From positions 389,856,001-389,920,000 of the forward strand of contig OZ024740.1 of NCBI GenBank assembly GCA_964016885.1: 64,000 nucleotides of DNA, in the 5' to 3' direction. Below are positions 54,401 to 64,000 of the stretch, one piece after another. Source of the stretch: Eledone cirrhosa. Taxonomy: Eukaryota. A program made the position numbers and the translations under genes. Numbering within the stretch: the stretch's first letter is position 1; every line of letters starts with the position of its first letter. The notes beneath the pieces are model-generated. The model ran no database searches. It saw only the letters and a list, made by a program, of their open reading frames with translations, and was not told where the DNA came from.

Positions 54401-57400
54401 TGTTCTGTCGGAGTTAGAACTTCTATTTATTCATGTTCTGTCGGAGTTAGAACCTCTGTTTATTCATGTTCATTCGGAGTTAGAACCTCTGTTTATTCAT
54501 GTTCTATCGGAATTAGAACCTCTGTTTATTCATGTTCTTTCGGAGTTAGAACCTCTATTTATTCATGTTCTGTCGCAGTTAGAACCTCTTTTCGGAGTTA
54601 GAACCTCTATTTATTCATGTTCTGTCGGAGTTAGAACCTCTATTTATTCATGTTCTGTCGGAGTTAGAACCTCTGTTTATTCTTGTTCTGTCGGAGTTAG
54701 AAGCTCTATTTATTCATGTTCTGTCGCAGTTAGAACCTCTATTTATTCATGTCCTGTCGGAGTTAGAACCTCTGTTTATTCATGTTCTGTCGGAGTTAGA
54801 ACATCTATTTATTAATGTTCTGTCGCAGTTAAAACCTCTGTTTATTCATGTTCTGTCGGAGTTAGAACCTCTTGTCGGAATCAGAACCTCTATATATTCA
54901 TGTTCTGTCGGAGTTAGAACCTCTATTTATTCATGTTCTGTTGGAGTTAGAACCTCTGTTTATTCATGTTCTTTCGGAGTTAGAACCTCTGTTTATTCAT
55001 GTTCTATCGGAATTAGAACCTCTGTTTATTCATGTTCTTTCGGAGTTAGAACCTCTATTTATTCATGTTCTGTCGCAGTTAGAACCTCTATTTATTCATG
55101 TTCTGTCGCAGTTAGAACCTCTATTTATTCATGTTCTGTCGGAGTAAGAACCTCTATTTATTCATGTTCTATCGGAGTTAGAAACTCGGTTTATTCATGT
55201 TCTTTCTGAGTTAGAACCTCTATTTATTCATGTTCTGTCGGAGTTAGAACCTCTATTTATTCATGTTCTGTCGCAGTTAGAACCTCTATTTATTCATGTT
55301 CTGTCGGAGTTAGAACCTCTGTTTACTCATGTTCTGTCGGAGTGAGAACCTCTATTTATTCATGTTCTGTCGGAGTTAGAACCATATTTTTTCATGTTCT
55401 GTCGTAGTTAGAACCTCTGTTTATTCATGTTCTGTCGGAGTTAGAACATCTATTTATTCATGTTCTGTCGCATTTAGAACCTCTGTTTATTCATGTTCGG
55501 TCGGAGTTAGAAGATCTGTTTATTCATGTTCTTTCGGAGTTAGAACCTCTATTTATTCATGCTCTCTCGGAGTCAGAACGTCTATTTATTCATGTTCTGT
55601 CGCAGTTAGAACCTCTTGTCGGAGTTAGAAACTCTATTTATTTATGTTCTGTCGCAGTTAGAACCTCTGTTTATTCATGTTCTTTCGGAGTTAGAACCTC
55701 GATTTATTCATGTTCTGTCGGAGTTAGAACCTCTATTTATTCATGTTCTGTCGGAGTTAGAACCTCTATTTATTCATGTTCTGTCGCAGTTAGAATCTCT
55801 ATTTATTCATGTTCTGTCGGAGTTAGAACCTCTGTTTATTCATGTTCTGTCGGAGTGAGACCCTCTATTTATTCATGTTCTGTCGGAGTTAGAACCTCTA
55901 TTTATTCATGTTCTGTCGGAGTTAGAACCTCTGTTTATTCATTTTCATTCGGAGTTAGAACCTCTGTTTATTCATGTTCTATCGGAATTAGAACCTCTGT
56001 TTATTCATGTTCTTTCGGAGTTAGAACCTCTATTTATTCATGTTCTGTCGCAGTTAGAACCTCTTTTCGGAGTTAGAACCTCTATTTATTCATGTTCTGT
56101 CGGAGTTAGAACCTCTGTTTATTCTTGTTCTGTCGCAGTTAGAACGTCTATTTATTCATGTTCCGTCGCAGTTAAAACCGCTTGTCGGAGTTAGAACTTC
56201 CATTTATTCATGTTCTGTCGGTGTTAGAACATCTATTTATTCATGTTCTGTCGCAGTTAGAACCTATATTTATTCATGTTCTGTCGGAGCTAGAACCTCA
56301 TTTTATTCATGTTCTGTCGGAGTTAGAACATTTGTTTATTCATGTTCTGTCGGAGTTAGAACCTCTCTTTATTCATGTTCTGTCGGAGTTAGAACCTCTA
56401 TTTATTTATGTTCTGTCGGAGTTAGAACATCTATTTATTCATGTTCTGTCGCAGTTAGAACCTCTATTTATTCATGTTGCGTCGCAGTTAGAACCATTTG
56501 TCGGAGTTAGAACCTCTATTTATTCATATTCTCTCGGAGTCAGAATGTCTATTTATTCATGTTCTATCGCAGTTAGAACCTCTTGTCGGAGTTAGAAACT
56601 CTATTTATTTATGTTCTGTCGGAGTTAGAACCTCTGTTTATTCATGTTCGGTCGGAGTTAGAAGATCTGTTTATTCATGTTCTTTCGGAGTTAGAACCTC
56701 TATTTATTCATGCTCTCTCGGAGTCAGAACGTCTATTTATTCATGTTCCGTCGCAGTTAAAACCTCTTGTCGGAGTTAGAACCTCCATTTATTCATGTTC
56801 TGTCGGTGTTAGAACATCTATTTATTCATGTTCTGTCGCAGTTAGAACCTATATTTATTCATGTTCTGTCGGAGCTAGAACCTCATTTTATTCATGTTCT
56901 GTCGGAGTTAGAACATTTGTTTATTCATGTTCTGTCGGAGTTAGAACCTCTCTTTATTCATGTTCTGTCGGAGTTAGAACCTCTATTTATTTATGTTCTG
57001 TCGGAGTTAGAACATCTATTTATTCATGTTCTGTCGCAGTTAGAACCTCTATTTATTCATGTTGCGTCGCAGTTAGAACCTCTTGTCGGAGTTACAACCT
57101 CTATTTATTCATGTTCTGTCGCAGTTAGAACCTCTATTTATTCATGTTCTCTCGGAGTTAGAACCTCTATCTTTTCATGTTCTGTCGGAGTTAGAACCTC
57201 TATTTATTCATGTTCTGTCGGAGTTAGAACCTCTATTTATTCATGTTCTGTCGGAGTTAGAACCTCTTGTCGGGGTTAAAATCTCTATTTATTCATGTTC
57301 TGTCGGAGTTAGAACCTCTATTTATTGATGTTCTTTCGGAGTTAGTACCTCTATTTATTCATGCTTTCTCGGAGTCAGAATGTCTATTTATTCATGTTCT

Positions 57401-58795
57401 GTCGCAGTTAGAACCTCTTGTCGGAGTTAGGAACTCTATTTATTTATGTTCTGTCGGAGTTAGAACCTCTGTTTATTCATGTTCTTTCGGAGTTAGAACC
57501 TCGATTTATTCATGTTCTGTCGGAGTTAGAACCTCTATTCATTCATGTTCTGTCGCAGTTAGAACCTCTATTTATTCATGTTCTGTCGGAGTTACAACCT
57601 CTATTTATTCATGTTCTGTCTGAGTTAGAACCTCTGTTTATTCATGTTCTTTCGGAGTTAGAATCTCTGTTTATTCATGTTGTGTCGGAGTCAGAACCTC
57701 TATTTATTCATGTTCTGTCGGAGTTAGAACCTTTATTTATTCATGTTCTGTCGCAGTTAGAATCTCTATTTATTCATGTTCTGTCGGAGTTAGAACCTCT
57801 GTTTATTCATGTTCTGTCGGAGTGAGACCCTCTATTTATTCATGTTCTGTCGGAGTTAGAACCTCTATTTATTCATGTTCTGTCGGAGTTAGAACCTCTG
57901 TTTATTCATTTTCATTCGGAGTTAGAACCTCTGTTTATTCATGTTCTATCGGAATTAGAACCTCTGTTTATTCATGTTCTTTCGGAGTTAGAACCTCTAT
58001 TTATTCATGTTCTGTCGCAGTTAGAACCTCTTTTCGGAGTTAGAACCTCTATTTATTCATGTTCTGTCGGAGTTAGAACCTCTGTTTATTCTTGTTCTGT
58101 CGCAGTTAGAACGTCTATTTATTCATGTTCCGTCGCAGTTAAAACCGCTTGTCGGAGTTAGAACTTCCATTTATTCATGTTCTGTCGGTGTTAGAACATC
58201 TATTTATTCATGTTCTGTCGCAGTTAGAACCTATATTTATTCATGTTCTGTCGGAGCTAGAACCTCATTTTATTCATGTTCTGTCGGAGTTAGAACATTT
58301 GTTTATTCATGTTCTGTCGGAGTTAGAACCTCTCTTTATTCATGTTCTGTCGGAGTTAGAACCTCTATTTATTTATGTTCTGTCGGAGTTAGAACATCTA
58401 TTTATTCATGTTCTGTCGCAGTTAGAACCTCTGTTTATTCATGTTCTGTCGGAGTGAGACCCTCTATTTATTCATGTTCTGTCGGAGTTAGAACCTCTAT
58501 TTATTCATGTTCTGTCGGAGTTAGAACCTCTGTTTATTCATGTTCATTCGGAGTTAGAACCTCTGTTTATTCATGTTCTGTCGCAGTTAGAATCTCTATT
58601 TATTCAATATCTGTCGCAGTTAGAACCTCTTGTCGGAGTCAGAACCTCTATTTATTCATGTTCAGTCGGAGTCAGAACCTCTATTTATTCATGTTCTGTC
58701 GGAGTTAGAACCTCTGTTTATTCATGTTCTGTCGCAGTTAGAACCTCTATTTATTCATGTTCTGTGGGAGTTAGAACCTCGATTTATTCATGTTC
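48420..58795. repeat. ~4-kb divergent block duplicated at a ~6.4-kb offset (48420-52400 and 54850-58795)
   Basis: Offset 6431 (48441->54872, 49751->56182, 50836->57267), then 6398 after loss of one monomer (51424->57822, 52232->58630). Internal repeats occur at 585 and 2000 bp (49751, 50336, 51751). Confidence 0.92.
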
Positions 58796-61705
58796 TGTCG
58801 CAGTTAGAACCTCTATTTATTCAATATCTGTCGCAGTTAGAACCTCTTGTCGGAGTTAGAACATCTATTTATTCATGTTCTGTCGGAGTCAGAACCTCTG
58901 TTTATTCATGTTCTGTCGGAGTGAGACCCTCTATTTATTCATGTTCTGTCGGAGTTAGAACCTCTATTTATTCATGTTCATTCGGAGTTAGAACCTCTGT
59001 TTATTCATGTTCTATCGGAATTAGAACCTCTGTTTATTCATGTTCTTTCGGAGTTAGAACCTCTATTTATTCATGTTCTGTCGCAGTTAGAATCTCTATT
59101 TATTCATGTTCTGTCGGAGTTAGAACCTCTATTTATTCATGTTCTGTCGGAGTTAGAACCTCTATTTATTCATGTTCTGTCGGAGTTAGAACCTCTATTT
59201 ATTCATGTTCTGTCGGAGTTAGAACCTCTATTTATTCATGTTCTGTCGCAGTTAGAATCTCTATTTATTCATGTTCTGTCGGAGTTAGAACCTCTATTTA
59301 TTCATGTTCTGTCGGAGTTAGAACCTCTATTTATTCATGTTCTGTCGCAGTTAGAATCTCTATTTATTCATGTTCTGTCGGAGTTAGAACCTCTATTTAT
59401 TCATGTTCTGTCGGAGTTAGAACCTCTGTTTATTCATGTTCTGTCGGAGTGAGACCCTCTATTTATTCATGTTCTGTCGGAGTTAGAACCTCTATTTATT
59501 CATGTTCTGTCGGAGTTAGAACCTCTGTTTATTCATGTTCATTCGGAGTTAGAACCTCTGTTTATTCATGTTCTATCGGAATTAGAACCTCTGTTTATTC
59601 ATGTTCTTTCGGAGTTAGAACCTCTATTTATTCATGTCCTGTCGCAGTTAGAACCTCTTTTCGGAGTTACAACCTCTATTTATTCATGTTCTGTCGGAGT
59701 TAGAACCTCTATTTATTCATGTTCTGTCGGAGTTAGAACCTCTATTTATTCATGTTCTGTCGCAGTTAGAATCTCTATTTATTCATGTTCTGTCGGAGTG
59801 AGAACCTCTGTTTATTCATGTTCTGTCGGAGTTAGAACCTCTATTTATTCATGTTCTGTCGGAGTTAGAGCCTCTATTTATTCATGTTCTGTCGCAGTTA
59901 GAACCTCTTGTCGGAGTTAGAACATCTATTTATTCATGTTCTGTCGGAGTCAGAACCTCTGTTTATTCATGTTCTGTCGGAGTTAGAACCTCTATTTATT
60001 CATGTTCTTTCGGAGTTAGAACCTCTGTTTATTCATGTTCTTTCGGAGTTAGAACCTCGATTTATTCATGTTCTGTCGGAGTTAGAACCTCTATTTATTC
60101 ATCTTCTGTCGGAGTTAGAACCTCTATTTATTCATGTTCTGTCGGAGTTGGAATCTCTATTCATTCATGTTCTGTCGGAGTTAGAACCTCTATTTATTCA
60201 TGTTCTGTCGGAGTTAGAAGCTCTATTTATTCATGTTCTGTCGCATTTAGAACCTCTGTTTATTCATGTTCGGTCGGAGTTAGAACCTCTTGTCGGAGTT
60301 AGAACCTCTGTTTATTCATGTTCTTTCGGAGTTAAAACCTCTGTTTATTCATGTTATGTCGCAGTTAGAACCACTATTTATTCATGTTCTGTCGGAGTTA
60401 GAAGCTCTATTTATTCATGTTCTGTCGCATTTAGAACCTCTGTTTATTCATGTTCTGTCGGAGTTAGAACCTCTTGTCGGAGTCAGAACCTCTATTTATT
60501 CATGTTCTTTCGGAGTTAGAACCTCTATTTATTCATGTTCTGTCGCAGTTAGAATCTCTATTTATTCAATATCTGTCGCAGTTAGAACCTCTTGTCGGAG
60601 TCAGAACCTCTATTTATTCATGTTCAGTCGGAGTCAGAACCTCTATTTATTCATGTTCTGTCAGAGTTAGAACCTCTGTTTATTCATGTTCTGTCTCAGT
60701 TAGAACCTCTATTTATTCATGTTCTGTGGGAGTTAGAACCTCGATTTATTCATGTTCTGTCGGAGTTAGAACCTCTGTTTATTCATGTTCTGTCGGAGTC
60801 AGAACCTCTATTTATTCATGTTCTGTCGGAGTGAGAACCTCTGTTTATTCATGTTCTGTCGGAGTTAGAACCTCTATTTATTCATGTTCTGTCGGAGTGA
60901 GAACCTCTGTTTATTCATGTTCTGTCGGAGTTAGAACCTCTATTTATTCATGTTCTGTCGGAGTTAGAGCCTCTATTTATTCATGTTCTGTCGCAGTTAG
61001 AACCTCTATTTATTCAATATCTGTCGCAGTTAGAACCTCTTGTCGGAGTCAGAACCTCTATTTATTCATGTTCTGTCGGAGTTAGAAACTCTATTCATTC
61101 ATGTTATGTCGGAGTCAGAACCTCTATATATTCATGTTCTGTCGGAGTTAGAACCGCTGTTTATTCATGTTCTGTCGGAGTCAGAACCTCTATTTATTCA
61201 TGTTCTGTGGGAGTTAGAACCTCGATTTATTCATGTTCTGTCGGAGTCAGAACCTCTATTTATTCATGTTCTGTCGGAGTGAGAACCTCTGTTTATTCAT
61301 GTTCTGTCGGAGTTAGAACCTCTATTTATTCATGTTCTGTCGGAGTTAGAGCCTCTATTTATTCATGTTCTGTCGCAGTTAGAACCTCTATTTATTCAAT
61401 ATCTGTCGCAGTTAGAACCTCTTGTCGGAGTCAGAACCTCTGTTTATTCATGTTCTGTCGGAGTCAGAAACTCTATTCATTCATGTTCTGTCGGAGTTAG
61501 AACCTCTATTTATTCATGTTCTGTCGGAGTTAGAACCTCTGTTTATTCATGTTCTGTCGGAGTGAGACCCTCTATTTATTCATGTTCTGTCGGAGTTAGA
61601 ACCTCTATTTATTCATGTTCTGTCGGAGTTAGAACCTCTGTTTATTCATGTTCATTCGGAGTTAGAACCTCTGTTTATTCATGTTCTATCGGAATTAGAA
61701 CCTCT
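58795..61705. repeat. ~2.9-kb dispersed copy of 32870-35780 (offset 25927)
   Basis: 33981->59908, 34363->60290, 34547->60474, 35113->61040 and 35635->61562 all have offset 25927. Confidence 0.92.
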
Positions 61706-63409
61706 GTTTATTCATGTTCTTTCGGAGTTAGAATCTCTATTTATTCATGTTCTGTCGCAGTTAGAACCTCTTTTCGGAGTTACAACCTCTATTTATTCAT
61801 GGTCTGTCGGAGTTAGAACCTCTATTTATTCATGTTCTGTCGGAGTTAGAACCTCTGTTTATTCATGTTCTGTCGGAGTTAGAACCTCTTGTCGGAGTCA
61901 GAACCTCTATTTATTCATGTTCTTTCGGAGTTAGAACCTCTATTTATTCATGTTCTGTCGCAGTTAGAATCTCTATTTATTCAATATCTGTCGCAGTTAG
62001 AACCTCTTGTCGGAGTCGGAACCTCTATTTATTCATGTTCAGTCGGAGTCAGAACCTCTATTTATTCATGTTCTGTCGGAGTTAGAACCTCTGTTTATTC
62101 ATGTTCTGTCGCAGTTAGAACCTCTATTTATTCATGTTCTGTGGGAGTTAGAACCTCGATTTATTCATGTTCTGTCGGAGTTAGAACCTCTGTTTATTCA
62201 TGTTCTGTCGCAGTTAGAACCTCTATTTATTCAATATCTGTCGCAGTTCGAACCTCTTGTCGGAGTTAGAACATCTATTTATTCATGTTCTGTCGGAGTC
62301 AGAACCTCTATTTATTCATGTTCTTTCGGAGTTAGAACCTCTGTTTATTCATGTTCTTTCGGAGTTAGAACCTCGATTTATTCATGTTCTGTCGGAGTTA
62401 GAACCTCTATTTATTCATCTTCTGTCGGAGATAGAACCTCTATTTATTCATGTTCTGTCGGAGTTGGAATCTCTATTCATTCATGTTCTGTCGGAGTTAG
62501 AACCTCTGTTTATTCATGTTCTATCGGAGTTAGAACCTCTATTTATTCATGTTCTGTCGCAGTTAGAATCTCTATTTATTCAATATCTGTCGCAGTTAGA
62601 ACCTCTTGTCGGAGTCAGAACCTCTATTTATTCATGTTCAGTCGGAGTCAGAACCTCTATTTATTCATGTTCTGTCGGAGTTAGAACCTCTGTTTATTCA
62701 TGTTCTGTCGCAGTTAGAACCTCTATTTATTCATGTACTGTGGGAGTTAGAACCTCGATTTATTCATGTTCTGTCGGAGTTAGAACCTCTGTTTATTCAT
62801 GTTCTGTCGGAGTCAGAACCTCTATTTATTCATGTTCTGTCGGAGTGAGAACCTCTATTTATTCATGTTCTGTCGGAGTTAGAGCCTCTATTTATTCATG
62901 TTCTGTCGCAGTTAGAACCTCTATTTATTCAATATCTGTCGCAGTTAGAACCTCTTGTCGGAGTTAGAACATCTATTTATTCATGTTCTGTCGGAGTCAG
63001 AACCTCTGTTTATTCATATTCTGTCGGAGTCAGAACCTCTATTTATTCATGTTCTGTCGGAGTTAGAACCTCTGTTTATTCATGTTCTGTCGCAGTTAGA
63101 ACCTCTTGTCGGAGTCAGAACCTCTATTTATTCATGTTCTGTCGGAGTCAGAAACTCTATTCATTCATGTTATGTCGGAGTCAGAACCTCTATATATTCA
63201 TGTTCTGTCGGAGTTAGAACCGCTGTTTATTCATGTTCTGTCGGAGTCAGAACCTCTATTTATTCATGTTCTGTCGGAGTTAGAACCTCTGTTTATTCAT
63301 GTTCTGTCGCAGTTAGAACCTCTATTTATTCATGTTCTGTCGCAGTTAGAATCTCTATTTATTCATGTTCTGTCGGAGTCATAACCTCTATTTATTCATG
63401 TTCTGTCGG

Positions 63410-64000
63410 AGTGAGAACCTCTGTTTATTCATGTTCTGTCGGAGTTAGAACCTCTATTTATTCATGTTCTGTCGGAGTTAGAGCCTCTATTTATTCATGT
63501 TCTGTCGCAGTTAGAACCTCTATTTATTCAATATCTGTCGCAGTTAGAACCTCTGGTCGGAGTCAGAACCTCTATTTATTCATGTTCTGTCGGAGTCAGA
63601 AACTCTATTCATTCATGTTATGTCGGAGTCAGAACCTCTATATATTCATGTTCTGTCGGAGTTAGAACCGCTGTTTATTCATGTTCTGTCGGAGTCAGAA
63701 CCTCTATTTATTCATGTTCTGTCGGAGTGAGAACCTCTGTTTATTCATGTCCTGTCGGAGTTAGAACCTCTATTTATTCATGTTCTGTCGGAGTTAGAGC
63801 CTCTATTTATTCATGTTCTGTCGCAGTTAGAACCTCTATTTATTCAATATCTGTCGCAGTTAGAACCTCTGGTCGGAGTCAGAACCTCTATTTATTCATG
63901 TTCTGTCGGAGTCAGAAACTCTATTCATTCATGTTATGTCGGAGTCAGAACCTCTATATATTCATGTTCTGTCGGAGTTAGAACCGCTGTTTATTCATGT
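63410..64000. repeat. 316-bp (9 x 33 + 19) local tandem duplication, cut by the window end
   Basis: The rare junction variant CTCTGGTCGG occurs at 63551 and 63867 with the same flanking variant order. Confidence 0.85.

Larger units (their letters stand above)
1..64000. repeat. 33-bp tandem satellite array, consensus TGTCGGAGTTAGAACCTCTRTTTATTCATGTTC, head-to-tail in one orientation, running off both window ends
   Basis: Seen directly: every line consists of this monomer with 0-3 substitutions, or its 19-bp truncated form. ORF translations show an 11-aa periodicity (SELEPLFIHVL / SVGVRTSIYSC). Confidence 0.99.

Noticed and set aside
1-63981. Numerous plus-strand ORFs with SELEPLFIHVL / SVGVRTSIYSC repeats (a possible repeat protein or LRR-like gene)
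   Set aside because: 33 is divisible by 3 and two frames happen to lack stops. Starts are TTG/GTG created by truncation junctions or variants, each 19-mer shifts the frame towards a TAG-containing frame, and GTGAG variants add TGA stops. There are no unique N- or C-terminal domains, and no preference for synonymous change is apparent.
1-64000. CRISPR array (33-bp, partly palindromic repeat)
   Set aside because: Repeats are directly abutting with no unique spacers, no leader and no cas genes.
1-64000. Telomerase-made telomeric array (long yeast-type repeat, with the 19-mer as an incomplete template copy)
   Set aside because: There is no G-rich strand (G = C in the consensus). Variants are inherited in multi-kb duplicated blocks, which indicates recombination rather than de novo templated addition. 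A subtelomeric location cannot be excluded.
1-64000. Mirror-image variants in the two palindrome arms (AGAGC/GCTCT, AGTAC/GTACT, AGAAG/CTTCT, AGACC/GGTCT, ATAAC/GTTAT) read as compensatory covariation
   Set aside because: They generally occur in different monomers rather than together, and nearly all single-base variants exist in an array this size, so mirror pairs are expected by chance.

Overview
The whole 64 kb window is one uninterrupted, single-orientation tandem array (satellite or large minisatellite) of a 33-bp monomer. The consensus is TGTCGGAGTTAGAACCTCTRTTTATTCATGTTC (about 36% GC, T-rich on the + strand), with roughly 2,000 monomers by rough estimate. A fixed 19-bp truncated monomer (TGTCGGAGTTAGAACCTCT or TGTCGCAGTTAGAACCTCT) is interspersed. 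I see no unique sequence, genes, RNA genes, transposon insertions, CRISPR spacers or inversions. All listed ORFs are artefacts of two stop-free frames of the 33-mer, and every minus-strand frame of the consensus is closed. The information lies in the order of monomer variants, which shows nested duplications: 66-316 bp local repeats, 1.2-2.7 kb near-identical tandem blocks, a six-copy alternating 2.3/1.5-kb higher-order repeat at 35.8-47 kb, and dispersed copies 6.4, 25.9 and 47.1 kb apart. The most unusual observations are (i) an imperfect inverted repeat in the monomer that several variants perfect into 7-8 bp stems, (ii) a tightly linked 52-bp 'punctuation' unit, and (iii) little CpG decay. 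The organism cannot be identified from this window; a eukaryotic satellite is the most likely origin (inference). I found no evidence of a protein-coding system. Block boundaries are approximate (about one to a few monomers); offsets are taken from marker variants and ORF-track coordinates.
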